From: a virus
Reading direction: 5' to 3' (one strand)
DNA length: 64,000 bases
IMG/VR virus record: IMGVR_UViG_3300031753_000002
Coordinates: 22,785 to 86,784 of that record
Made by a program: the position numbers and the translations under genes. The notes under the pieces were generated by a model. That model made no database searches. It was not told the origin of the DNA and saw only the letters and a list, made by a program, of their open reading frames with translations. Below, in pieces: positions 36,584-46,430 of the stretch (within the stretch, counting starts at the first letter, position 1; every line of letters begins with the position of its first letter).

Positions 36584-36953
36584 GATAGGAGACCGCGCGC
36601 ATCAGAGATTCGGCGTCATCGCCAAGCAGCCCCAAACCGGCATTGCAGTTGCGACAAAGCCATCCTCGAAACCGTCCGGTAACATGGTCATGATCTATGC
36701 AAAGCACCGCCCTCTTGTGGCAAAGCTCGCAACAGCCATCTTCGGGCGGGGAGCGAAGCGTGCTTTCATCGAGCAATGCATGCCCTTCATTAAGGGCACG
36801 CCTCTGAATTGCGGCCACTCGTATCTTGACTCGGTTTATGGTCTGGTACGTATGATTTTTGGCGCGACCACGGGGCGTCTTCCCGTAGTCGCTTTGGCTC
36901 TTTCGAATGCGGTCGGGATGGCGCGCTTTGTATCGAGTATGCCGTTCGGACAT
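36567..36953 (-). CDS. endonuclease VII-type HNH protein, antisense insertion
   Basis: CELC...IDHDHVTGRFRGWLCRNCNAGLG. Confidence 0.88.
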   Translation of the reverse strand: MSERHTRYKARHPDRIRKSQSDYGKTPRGRAKNHTYQTINRVKIRVAAIQRRALNEGHALLDESTLRSPPEDGCCELCHKRAVLCIDHDHVTGRFRGWLCRNCNAGLGLLGDDAESLMRAVSYLNAER

Positions 36954-36991
36954 GCTGCATTCTACATGGTCGGCTTGGGGCGGTCAAGCCG

Positions 36992-37498
36992 ATGACAACA
37001 ATTCGCGACCGCCGTGAGGAAATTTTGGAACGACTCGACGCGCTTCTCGCCGGAACGACGATCATGTTGTCGAGTGGAACAATACCAGCCGGGAACTACG
37101 TGCACAATCGCAACGAGCTTCCGGCGTCCTTGGTGCCGGGGATCATTCTTCTGGACGGGGACGAAACGAATGACACCCGCCTAACGCGGGCACCGGGGCT
37201 GCAACAGGGTCAAGTGCCGACGCAGTTGGTCAAGATGACCCCGGAGATTTATGTGGTTCTCGACGTGCGAAAGCCCTTGAACCTCAATGTAGGAGCGGAC
37301 TTGAACTTGGCGCGACGTGTAATCCTGGCGGCCATTCTGCCGGACCCGTCCTTACAGGCCAGTGTGGGCGCCAACGGGAACATCGTGTACGACGGATGCG
37401 TCACAGACCTCGCACGCAACCGCCAAATGCAAGGGCAACTCGGGATAAGCATCACGTTCACTTATCCACTGCTTCCTTGGGAAACTGTCGGCCAATAG
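36992..37498 (+). CDS. putative tail terminator/completion protein
   Basis: Position before the major tail gene; P.I.L.DGDE and ITFTY motifs. Confidence 0.65.
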   Translation: MTTIRDRREEILERLDALLAGTTIMLSSGTIPAGNYVHNRNELPASLVPGIILLDGDETNDTRLTRAPGLQQGQVPTQLVKMTPEIYVVLDVRKPLNLNVGADLNLARRVILAAILPDPSLQASVGANGNIVYDGCVTDLARNRQMQGQLGISITFTYPLLPWETVGQ

Positions 37499-37507
37499 GA
37501 GTGTTCC

Positions 37508-38077
37508 ATGCCCCAAAATTCCAATCGGCTTGTAGAGGGCAGCCTTACCAGTCCTAATATCGGAAATTATTACATCGGCAAAGGCGCGGTGTGGATCAAG
37601 GTGCTCGGCGAGACCGTGTTCACGCACGCTGGAAACTGCCCGATATTCGAATTCATGGCGAAGGTCACGCAGCTTGATCACTACAGTTCGATGACCGGCG
37701 TCAAGGTAAAAGATTTCGTGGCCGTGACCGAACTTTCAGGCACGCTGACCATGGTGCTTGAAGAATTGACTGCACGCAATGTCGGCTTCGGATTGCTTGG
37801 CCTGCCGTACGGCGGCCCATCCCCGGCTCAAGAGGAAATCGACATTTTCGCGAATCCGGTCATTTACGCGGCAATTCAGTTCATCGGCGCCAACGATATC
37901 GGCCCGGTGTGGACTGTCCATTTTCCGCTTGTGAAGCTGTCGCCGAACAAGGCCCTCAGCCTAATCGGCAACACGTGGGGTACCGTTGATCTCGAAGGCG
38001 ACGTGCTCTTTGACCACACGACAGGCACCTTCGGACAAGCCTACGTGTCCTTGCCGACCTCGCCGGTCCCGGACTAA
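37508..38077 (+). CDS. major tail tube protein
   Basis: NYYIGKG...GNCP.FEF...LDHYSS..G...KD...LEE motif; position. Confidence 0.85.
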   Translation: MPQNSNRLVEGSLTSPNIGNYYIGKGAVWIKVLGETVFTHAGNCPIFEFMAKVTQLDHYSSMTGVKVKDFVAVTELSGTLTMVLEELTARNVGFGLLGLPYGGPSPAQEEIDIFANPVIYAAIQFIGANDIGPVWTVHFPLVKLSPNKALSLIGNTWGTVDLEGDVLFDHTTGTFGQAYVSLPTSPVPD

Positions 38078-38311
38078 ACTAGCGTCTGCGTATATGTTGA
38101 CGTTATGCGCGTTTTCGTATAGAGCGAATCATGTCGCGTCGCCATTCGCCCTATTCGCAAGCAGCTTATTCTCGGGCCAAATAGAAAACCCGAGCCATCT
38201 TGCATGAATTCCGCAAGGACGGGTGCGCAACATGCGGGGAGCGCGGTGCGGGCGTTCGATTCGTCCCGCCGGCTCTCCCTTTTATCTGCAACTCCCAAAC
38301 GAGGCCCCCAA

Positions 38312-38785
38312 ATGGCAAAGGAACAAGGTCTTAGCTTGCTCGATATCGGCGTTCCTACTGAGCAAATCATGATCGGCAACCGACCCCTGAGAGTGACTGG
38401 AATCGCGGCTGAAGATGTGTTCGCTCTGTTTCAGCGCTTCCCCGAGGTCCAAGCATTGATCGGAGGCCGCGTGAAGCTTTCCGACTTAGCGACGACAGCC
38501 CCCGAGGCTCTCTCCGCCGTAATCGCGGCCGGCTCCGGAAATCCCGGCGATGAGGCGGCCGAAGCAATTGCCCGCCGCCTCCCGGTCGAAGCACAACTCG
38601 ATATCCTTGAGGCGATCGGGAGGCTCACATTCAAGAGTGGCTTCGGCCCTTTCGTCGAGAGAGTGATAGTTCTCGCCAACGTAGTCGCCTCCGCAAACTT
38701 TGGAAGGGCGCCGGATATGAACTCGCCGCCTCAATCGAAGCCCTCATTGCCACCGGATTCGACTACCGAACCGTCTGGTCCTTGA
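38312..38785 (+). CDS. tail assembly chaperone (lambda gpG-like)
   Basis: Between the tail tube and tape measure genes; overlapping -1 frame ORF. Confidence 0.75.
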   Translation: MAKEQGLSLLDIGVPTEQIMIGNRPLRVTGIAAEDVFALFQRFPEVQALIGGRVKLSDLATTAPEALSAVIAAGSGNPGDEAAEAIARRLPVEAQLDILEAIGRLTFKSGFGPFVERVIVLANVVASANFGRAPDMNSPPQSKPSLPPDSTTEPSGP

Positions 38786-38934
38786 CGCCCCGTCAGATTG
38801 CTGCATACCTTTTTCTGTCGGAACGTCGGCGCGAACGCGAGAATTACGCGGCTCTTGCTATCGCCGCGCTAGGGGCAAGTGGGGACGGAAAACAGATTCA
38901 GAAGCAGCTTGATGAATGGGAAAAACAACAATGA
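38701..38934 (+). CDS. tail assembly chaperone frameshift extension (gpT-like)
   Basis: -1 frame reads WKGAGYELAASIEALIATGFDYRTVWSLTPRQIAAY...; no own start codon. Confidence 0.65.
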   Translation, partial: WKGAGYELAASIEALIATGFDYRTVWSLTPRQIAAYLFLSERRRERENYAALAIAALGASGDGKQIQKQLDEWEKQQ

Positions 38935-39395
38935 CGCGGAGAAAAGTCTGGCCTCGGTTATTGTTCAATGAACACCGATGCGCCGCCCGAAAGCGCGGTA
39001 TAGATTTTTATTTAACATTCACAGAATGGTGGAAGATTTGGCAGGATTCCGGTCACTGGAACGACCGCGGGATTTACTTAGGACAGTATGTGATGGCGCG
39101 GCCCGGAGATTCCGGCCCTTACGCAATCGAAAATGTGAAGATCATAACCTGTTCTGAAAATCATTCGGAGGGAAATCTAGGACACCACCGCTCTACCCTC
39201 GCAATGGCGAAAGCTCAACAAGGGATGAAGCGCCCACTAAAAGCACGTCAACATATGTCTGAAGCACAACGCCGCCGTTGGGCATCACCTGCGGCTCGAC
39301 AAGAATCTTCAATAATCCAGCGCGGTAAGAAACGATCCGCTGAAACTCGTCAACGAATGGTAGCCGCCTGGGTTGAACGAAGGGCAGCCCTATGA
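38931..39395 (+). CDS. HNH endonuclease with NUMOD3-like repeats
   Basis: ARKRGIDFYLTF.EW...YVMAR.GD.GPY...NV; RSAETRQRM. Confidence 0.8.
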   Translation: MTRRKVWPRLLFNEHRCAARKRGIDFYLTFTEWWKIWQDSGHWNDRGIYLGQYVMARPGDSGPYAIENVKIITCSENHSEGNLGHHRSTLAMAKAQQGMKRPLKARQHMSEAQRRRWASPAARQESSIIQRGKKRSAETRQRMVAAWVERRAAL

Positions 39396-39919
39396 GGTTC
39401 ATCGTTTCCAAAGCCGCCGCCCCAAAGTTCAAGCAGAACCTAGCTGGTCTCGCCGACCGTTTTGAACAAGCCCTGATCACGGCCGCCAATATGGCCGCGA
39501 GCATGATCGAAGCGGGCGCTCGCGCCAGCATTGCTCAAGCCGGAAATTTCGGCGGATCATGGATATCGGGATTACAGGTACGGGTCGAAGGGTCGCTCCA
39601 AAACATGCGCATAAGCATGACCCATGAAGACCCTCGCGTTGCGATCTTCGAAACCGGGGGAGAGATACACGGTAATCCGCTTTTATGGATTCCCATCAGC
39701 GGCACCGATGCTGCGGGCCGATCGGCGTCAAGCTACGGCGGCCTGTATTCCGGCAATCCGCCCGGTCATCCGCCGTTGCTATTCTCTATCAGCGATCGGC
39801 AACCAAAGTATTTTGGTATAAGTCGCGTCATCATCCCGCAAAAATTCTTCTTGCGAGAACGGCAAATGGAGGTCATGAGCAATTTTCGCTCGATCTTCGA
39901 AACGGCATTTAGAGGCTGA
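39392..39919 (+). CDS. HK97 gp10-like neck/tail component
   Basis: IFETGG.I.G.P.LWIP motif; position. Confidence 0.6.
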   Translation: MRFIVSKAAAPKFKQNLAGLADRFEQALITAANMAASMIEAGARASIAQAGNFGGSWISGLQVRVEGSLQNMRISMTHEDPRVAIFETGGEIHGNPLLWIPISGTDAAGRSASSYGGLYSGNPPGHPPLLFSISDRQPKYFGISRVIIPQKFFLRERQMEVMSNFRSIFETAFRG

Positions 39920-39921
39920 TC

Positions 39922-42102
39922 ATGGCCGGCTTGGAAGACGTTATCCAAGGTATAGGCATCGAAGGTGGCACCGAGGTTCTCGAAACGTTGCGGCGTATCG
40001 AGGAAACCGGCGTACGCACTTTCGAGAACATTGCGCAGGCAGCGGAAGCCGGCGGCGGAGGCTTGGAGAAATTCGAGTTGGTGGTTGCCGGCATTGAAGC
40101 CGCCATGGGGGTCGCCGCGGGCGCAGCGCTCCTATTTGTTGAGTCGCAAGATCGCCTTATACAGCGCCTCAGCGCTTTGAGCGAGGCGTTCGGCGGATCG
40201 ATAGATCAAATTGAAGGTATCAAGGAAGCCTTTGCGTCGATCGGCGTCGGCGGGCAGATGTTGGAACGGTCCTTGAACCGATTGGCGATAAGCATCGGCC
40301 AGCAATGGGCTGAAATCCAGCGAGAAATGAGTGGGGCGGCCGACGTACAAGAACGCGACATGATGCGAGTGCAAGAGGCAGCTTTGGGCCTCGAAAAGGC
40401 TTATGATCGGGTTCAGGAAGCCGCAACCTCAGCGGCTCAAACGTCCGCCCACGACGCGCTGTCGCAGCGCGGTGCCGCGCTCGCACTTGAGGCGGCGCAA
40501 AATAAATTGTACGAAACTCCCGGTGCGAAAAAGTACGGGGATGTTGCATCGAAAGCCGCGAAAGAGGAACTGCAATATAAGCAGGATAGCTTCGCTGTTG
40601 ACAAAGCGATCCAGGCCGTCGCCGATGCGAACCTGAAATCGGCAGAGGACTCACACAAAGCGATGATGGCGCAGAAGGAAGCTGCGCTTGGGCTCAAGAA
40701 AGCGAGGGAGGCCGAAGCTGAGGCAGCGGATAAACAGCGTGAGGACGACCTTAAGAACCTTCCGAAGATTGCCGAGAAGGTGGACCAAATTTCCAAAGGC
40801 TACGGGAACATAAAAGACGGCCTTGATCTCAGTTTGGTGCCCGCGCAGAAATTGGCGCAAGCAGTCATTCAATCGGCGTCGGCGGGAGGCGAGAAGCCGA
40901 CTGGCCTCCAAGTCTTCACGAAGATGACGGAACTGTTCCATCAACTCGGCAATTCCGCCGATGATATGAGCATCAAGATGGAACTGGTCCAGCGCCTCAT
41001 GGGCGCCGGTTTCCGGGCGGGCACGTCTTCGGCTTCGGAGTTGGTCGCGGCCATTAGCAAAGGGCCGGAAGCAATCGAGGCGATGGTAGAGAAGGCGAAG
41101 AATTCCGCATTCGCGTTGTCGGGGGCGAACGTCACCGCTGCAAAAGATACGGTCTCGGCATGGGCGAGTTTCGGCGCCGAAATGGACCGAGTTCAAAACA
41201 AAATTTCGGCTGAACTGTCCCCTGCGGCAACCAGATTTCTAAAGTTAATCACGGAAGCATTTGAAACCGATACTATGAAGGATTTCATCAGCGGTCTTGC
41301 CGCGATTAAGGTCTTTATAAGCGATGCCATAGACGGTTTGGCGGCCTTGGACAAATGGCTTTCTGCGGCTTTTGAGCCGAACAAGAGTTCGGGCATTAAG
41401 GTTGCCCTTGAAACACTCTCAACTTTGGCCCTTGGATTTCTCTCCCCTTGGATCGCCATCCCGATCGCGATTGCCCTTGTTGTAACCGCGATGGGGACTG
41501 TCGTCAACAACGCTGGCAAAATTAAAGAAGCCTTTGATGATATCTACAAGGGGAGTTGGATCGAGCAAATAGTCAACGGGTTTGGAGTAATCGTCGGATG
41601 GATCATGAAGGCAGTAAGCGCGGCATACGAACTTGGAAAAGCTCTTGCGTCCATCGGCGCGGCCCCGGCGCTTAATAATGCCAATCCCGGAACTCCGGTA
41701 CAGCAACGGAATGCTGGACTCACTCCTAGCGCTGAAGCCGGGCTTTCGGGCTTCGCATCCGGCGGCCCGGTGCGCGGCCCCGGCACCGGAACAAGCGACA
41801 GCATTCTCGGTCGCTTGTCAGCCGGCGAATTCGTGGTCACGGCAGACGGCCATAACCTGAGTGAGGCCATCAACTATTTCGGCGCGAAACTCTCCGGCTT
41901 CGCCATGGGTGGCCCGGTGTTGGCTCCGATACGTTCGGCCGGCGCTGCCGGGGGCAAGAGCGGATCGATTTTGAACTTGACGATTGACGGACACCACTTT
42001 AACGGCCTTCACGCCCCGGCCGACGTAGCTTCGAAGCTCGCGACGTTCGCAATTCAGCGGCAAACGGCTTCAACCGGAAGGAAACCGTCATGGGTCAGCT
42101 AG
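39922..42102 (+). CDS. tape measure protein
   Basis: Ala-rich helical protein; C-terminal FASGGPVRGPGTGTSDSI..RLS.GEFV. Confidence 0.85.
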   Translation: MAGLEDVIQGIGIEGGTEVLETLRRIEETGVRTFENIAQAAEAGGGGLEKFELVVAGIEAAMGVAAGAALLFVESQDRLIQRLSALSEAFGGSIDQIEGIKEAFASIGVGGQMLERSLNRLAISIGQQWAEIQREMSGAADVQERDMMRVQEAALGLEKAYDRVQEAATSAAQTSAHDALSQRGAALALEAAQNKLYETPGAKKYGDVASKAAKEELQYKQDSFAVDKAIQAVADANLKSAEDSHKAMMAQKEAALGLKKAREAEAEAADKQREDDLKNLPKIAEKVDQISKGYGNIKDGLDLSLVPAQKLAQAVIQSASAGGEKPTGLQVFTKMTELFHQLGNSADDMSIKMELVQRLMGAGFRAGTSSASELVAAISKGPEAIEAMVEKAKNSAFALSGANVTAAKDTVSAWASFGAEMDRVQNKISAELSPAATRFLKLITEAFETDTMKDFISGLAAIKVFISDAIDGLAALDKWLSAAFEPNKSSGIKVALETLSTLALGFLSPWIAIPIAIALVVTAMGTVVNNAGKIKEAFDDIYKGSWIEQIVNGFGVIVGWIMKAVSAAYELGKALASIGAAPALNNANPGTPVQQRNAGLTPSAEAGLSGFASGGPVRGPGTGTSDSILGRLSAGEFVVTADGHNLSEAINYFGAKLSGFAMGGPVLAPIRSAGAAGGKSGSILNLTIDGHHFNGLHAPADVASKLATFAIQRQTASTGRKPSWVS

Positions 42103-42551
42103 AGAACACCCTGCCGGCAGGTAGCGATACGCTCTTGGTCATCTCGGGTCTCGGCGGGTTTCAATATCAGGCGCGCGGTCTCACGCAGACGCTTGAGGTT
42201 ATCAAGCAGGCGTCGCAGCAAGAGCGCACGATCAATGGCGTGCTGATTGATATCTCCAATCCGATCTTCCGCAAGTACGGGAGTAAGATAACATGCACGG
42301 ACGTTGACGCTCCGCCGCTCGACGGCCTGTACCCCGGCGATACCGTCACAGTTCTGTGTGCGGCGTCGTTCTGCTTCCTCAACGGCAACCCAGGCTCGCC
42401 ATTTCGTACCGTTGTCAGCGGGTCGGAATATGTGCAAGGGCACTACACGTTCTATCGGCCTGTCCTCACGATGATGGTCATGACCCTACATGAGCATTTC
42501 GATGAATGGAAATGCGCCATGAGTTGGGAACTTGATCTTGAAGAAATCTAA
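42090..42551 (+). CDS. distal tail protein (putative)
   Basis: ERTING.L.D motif, ends WELDLEEI; follows the tape measure gene. Confidence 0.7.
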   Translation: MGQLENTLPAGSDTLLVISGLGGFQYQARGLTQTLEVIKQASQQERTINGVLIDISNPIFRKYGSKITCTDVDAPPLDGLYPGDTVTVLCAASFCFLNGNPGSPFRTVVSGSEYVQGHYTFYRPVLTMMVMTLHEHFDEWKCAMSWELDLEEI

Positions 42552-42662
42552 ACCAGCAATGCGTCCGGCCAAAGCGGCTCGCATTCTCAAGACTCGGCAA
42601 GCGAAGATCGCGTTTGCAAAACGAGTCAGTGAAGCCCTTATTCTCATACTTACGAGGAAGCT

Positions 42663-43181
42663 GTGACCACCTTGATACCGAAAACTCGCGCAGAAGCGCA
42701 CCAAAGCGGCGCTACTCGGTATTTCACTGGAAATCCGTGTCCGCATGGTCATGTATGCGATCGACTTACAGCTAATGCAACTTGCGTTGATTGTCAGAAC
42801 CTTAAAAACGGGCGTCGCTATGCGGAAAATCAAGCATATCGTGAGCGCACTCTCGTTGCACGTGCGATAGCATACGAAGCTAACCCGCAAAAATTCATTA
42901 ATCTATCTCGACAGCAATACATGGAGGACCCTGAGCCAACTAAGATGCGCGCTCGCGCGCAAGATGCCAATCGAAGAGCCGCAGCTTGGGGTCTTCCAGG
43001 AGTTTTGACTGCGGCCGATGTACGCTTGATTCTAGCTAAGCCGTGTCCGTGCGGAGCGCCGTCAAACGATATCGCCCATAAAATTCCATTTTCATGGGGT
43101 GGTCCGAACACTGTAGAAAATATTCAAGGATTGTGTGAGCCGTGTCACGTTCAAAAAACTAATTTGGAAAGACAGCCATGA
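42663..43181 (+). CDS. HNH endonuclease
   Basis: YFTGNPCPHGH...CPCG...HKIPFSWGGPNTVENIQGLCEPCH. Confidence 0.85.
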   Translation: MTTLIPKTRAEAHQSGATRYFTGNPCPHGHVCDRLTANATCVDCQNLKNGRRYAENQAYRERTLVARAIAYEANPQKFINLSRQQYMEDPEPTKMRARAQDANRRAAAWGLPGVLTAADVRLILAKPCPCGAPSNDIAHKIPFSWGGPNTVENIQGLCEPCHVQKTNLERQP

Positions 43182-46069
43182 GTGCACTAACGCCGTTTTT
43201 CTTTAGTTGGGTTGACGCGGATCAGACAACGTTCACGGCGCATCAAGAGGTCGTGGACGAAGAAATCTTTGCGTTCGAAATCAAGCATGACGAAGGTCAA
43301 ACCCCGACGCTGGACCTCACCATTAAAAATCCGCGTATCGGGCTACTCGCACCCGGCCGCAAACAGTGGGCATGGCTCGCGTACCAGCCGCCGGATGGCA
43401 GCGGCGTCGTCCCTCTGTTCTTCGGCGTGCTGATCGGCGTCCCTTCCGACTTGTTCGCGGAGAAAATTACGCTGCGATTTATTTCGCGCTCCCGTTCGTA
43501 TATCGCGGACAAGCAGGCTGTTGCGGAAACCATGAAGGTGCGGCCGTATTGGGACCCGGTTTTTCTCGACGTGAAGCACCGTGACGATCCCGATTCGATT
43601 CTGGAAGGCTGGTCTTCGCTTTGGCATATAGACCGCACAACTTTGGCAACTACCGCATCGGATATCTTGACCGGCGAGGACGGGACCATCGTCTTCGAAG
43701 AAGAAGATGCGCTCTACAACAATGTTAGTCTGCAATTAGAGCAGCCGCCGCTTACAAATATCCAAGTGCAGGCGACAGTGAACTGGACACAGCGCTGCAA
43801 CGGGTTCGTAAGCGGTCCCGACGTGAATCTCGCCACCTATACCGGGGAATCCTTTCTAAGTCAGTGGCCTAAACCTGGAGCGGGTCTCGGTTCTGGCTGG
43901 TTTGTCGAGACCAGTTTTGCCGATGATGTTTACCGCATCAACTTGACCTCGATGTGGAGTTATAGCCATTCCTGGTCCACCGACGCACCTATGCTCGATT
44001 GCAGTACGAACAGCATGTCCGCATCGGCAAGCGGACCGTCGTGCGCCGGCCTGAGTCAGCAAATGACGTGGCTAGGAAAAGCGGGATATTGCAATCCTTA
44101 TGACGATCCGCCGGCCAATGAAGGGGCATCCGCTAATTGGACCGGCATGATCGTGCCGTTGTGGTGGATAAATTGTACGTGGGAACTGTATTATCAGGCG
44201 AAGCGGAGCTTCACGGAAAACCTGACTTTCAACGTGACAGCCCATACCCAAGCCATTTTGACGGCGCCTACAGTAGAGCAAAATACCGAACTTATCACGA
44301 TCACTGGGGTGAATGTCGGGGAACAACTTGAGCTAATCGACGCGTGGACCGACATTGCCGGTAAGTACGTCGAGCGGGGCTTCATTATCTTTCCGAACAA
44401 CCCGACAACACCGGGCGGTTTGAGCTATCAAGTTTGCGTCGTTGCTGGCACCGCCGGCTCCGTGGAGCCGGTATTCAGCGATCTTCCCGGCACGATTACG
44501 CTCGACGGACAGGCGACGAACGAAGCATCCTATTGTACCGTCAAACCCGGAACGGGCGGCACGCAGTTCACACTCACGACGCCTAGCACGTTCTCGGACC
44601 AGCAAGGACCAATCCTTTTTTATCCTAACAACGTCCCCAGCGATATCGCCTACACAACTCGATTTTGGGTTCATGTCATAGACGCCACTACTGTTTCGCT
44701 TGCCCTGAGTCTTGCCGACGAACAAGCCGGACGCTTCATTTCCACGGCCGACATATCGGGCAATACCTTCTACCTGTACGCCCCGCGCGGCGTGCTGTGG
44801 GCTAGCATGGGTACGGCGCCTCTCGCTCAGCCGCCGGGCTGGACCGATTCATCCAATATCCCGCTTGGCGAAATCATCTATGCCGTCCCCAAGTATTTCG
44901 ATGTGGCCGCCGGCAACTGGAAAGATTTCGACTTTGGCGCTTACCTCATGTGCATTTCGGCCGGCGAAACCAATAGCGCGTACCAGGAATTTACCTACAC
45001 ACCCGCTCGGGCCGTCTCGGATGAAGTGGCTCCGGCTCCCGTAACCATTTCATACATCAAAGGTCCGGGCTGGACCGAAACGGACCAGAGCGGCGGCGGC
45101 GGCACTGTGATCTTTTGGGGCGATTTCAACGTAGGGGATGGATTTACGGATGGGTCGGTAACCTGGGTCTTCCTCGGCGCCACTCCGTCTTTTCTCGGGA
45201 TTCCGGCAGGCGGAACGCCCATCCATGTCACTGCGAATAACTATTTCCCCACTGATCGTGGATTGTGGAGCGTCGAGTACCTACTCTGCAAAGCGCGAGC
45301 ACGACTCCGCCTACGGTCGCGCGCTGTCAAGGTCAGCTGGGAATGCCCCTTCGATTTGGCTATAGGGTTGTCTTGCCGGATGAATGCCACGCTGTACGAT
45401 CCTCGTTTGCCGGGCGGCGTCGCTACCGGCAAGGTGATTTCGTATTCCTTGAAAGCTGACGGCAACTCCGGTTCGTTGCTCGGGCATGTCGAGATTGGGT
45501 GCGCGGTGGGCTACGGTGAGACAATCACCGCGGTTCCCGGAACCCCGGAGTACACAACGGCCGCGGGATACATGCAAGCCGGCTATCAGCGCTATGACGG
45601 AGTGGTCATCCCAATTGCAGCGGCCACTATCGGGTACACGCCGCCCGAATACGCGCCCTTTGATGACGGACTGCTTTTCCCGCTTCAATCTCTCCCTACC
45701 GCCGGAAACCCGAATGGCACATTTGCCAAGTTTACCTTGGAAGAACAAGCGGCGAAAATTCAGGCGGCGATGATAGCCGCCGCGGGAGTAGCTGAGTCTC
45801 AGGCGATCCAAGGACAAACATTCACACAAATAACCCGCGGCAGCGGGGTTACCACAACCTATTCTACCCAATCCAGCAATACCCAAATGGAGGTCTTGTT
45901 CAACAATTCTGACAAAACCGTAGCACATGTCATGGCGGCTAACCCGATTGTTTGGGAGATAGATATCAAGCCGGTCACCAATGGCCCCTTTGAGGGCAGC
46001 TACGGCGTTAGCGTATCTGTGTTAGAGGTCCCCAAGGGCATTGATTTGGAGGCACCGAGCCATGTCTGA
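43178..46069 (+). CDS. tail tip/baseplate hub protein
   Basis: 963 aa; position after Dit; internal beta-rich inserts. Confidence 0.75.
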   Translation: MSALTPFFFSWVDADQTTFTAHQEVVDEEIFAFEIKHDEGQTPTLDLTIKNPRIGLLAPGRKQWAWLAYQPPDGSGVVPLFFGVLIGVPSDLFAEKITLRFISRSRSYIADKQAVAETMKVRPYWDPVFLDVKHRDDPDSILEGWSSLWHIDRTTLATTASDILTGEDGTIVFEEEDALYNNVSLQLEQPPLTNIQVQATVNWTQRCNGFVSGPDVNLATYTGESFLSQWPKPGAGLGSGWFVETSFADDVYRINLTSMWSYSHSWSTDAPMLDCSTNSMSASASGPSCAGLSQQMTWLGKAGYCNPYDDPPANEGASANWTGMIVPLWWINCTWELYYQAKRSFTENLTFNVTAHTQAILTAPTVEQNTELITITGVNVGEQLELIDAWTDIAGKYVERGFIIFPNNPTTPGGLSYQVCVVAGTAGSVEPVFSDLPGTITLDGQATNEASYCTVKPGTGGTQFTLTTPSTFSDQQGPILFYPNNVPSDIAYTTRFWVHVIDATTVSLALSLADEQAGRFISTADISGNTFYLYAPRGVLWASMGTAPLAQPPGWTDSSNIPLGEIIYAVPKYFDVAAGNWKDFDFGAYLMCISAGETNSAYQEFTYTPARAVSDEVAPAPVTISYIKGPGWTETDQSGGGGTVIFWGDFNVGDGFTDGSVTWVFLGATPSFLGIPAGGTPIHVTANNYFPTDRGLWSVEYLLCKARARLRLRSRAVKVSWECPFDLAIGLSCRMNATLYDPRLPGGVATGKVISYSLKADGNSGSLLGHVEIGCAVGYGETITAVPGTPEYTTAAGYMQAGYQRYDGVVIPIAAATIGYTPPEYAPFDDGLLFPLQSLPTAGNPNGTFAKFTLEEQAAKIQAAMIAAAGVAESQAIQGQTFTQITRGSGVTTTYSTQSSNTQMEVLFNNSDKTVAHVMAANPIVWEIDIKPVTNGPFEGSYGVSVSVLEVPKGIDLEAPSHV

Positions 46070-46232
46070 GTGTGAGAACTGCCGAGAACGCCGCGAGAGA
46101 GTTGCGGCATGGATGAAACGTCTCATGCAACAAGCCGCGCGCCCGGAGTTTGCGCGGCTGCCGTGGGAAAAACAACAGGAGGAAGATCATGAACGGCTTG
46201 GAATCAGTCATCCGCCCCTTCACCGGGACTGA
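46062..46232 (+). CDS. small protein (CxxC-RRE)
   Basis: GGAGG SD; MSECENCRERRE. Confidence 0.5.
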   Translation: MSECENCRERRERVAAWMKRLMQQAARPEFARLPWEKQQEEDHERLGISHPPLHRD

Positions 46233-46425
46233 CATAACTCCGAAAGACATTTTCGTTCCGGGGCAAGTCGGCGTTCCGAATGTGCATATTATCGTCGGCA
46301 GGCCGGGAGCGGGCAAAACTTTCAGCTACAGCGGGAGCAACTCTGAGGGATACGCGATGGGCAATTCGCACAAAGAATCGGCCCCAAAAAGCGATTCTCT
46401 TCAAAAGAAGCTGGCTCAGGACTAA
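46189..46425 (+). CDS. small tail protein
   Basis: AGGAGG SD; LESVIRPF. Confidence 0.65.
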   Translation: MNGLESVIRPFTGTDITPKDIFVPGQVGVPNVHIIVGRPGAGKTFSYSGSNSEGYAMGNSHKESAPKSDSLQKKLAQD

Positions 46426-46430
46426 ACGTC

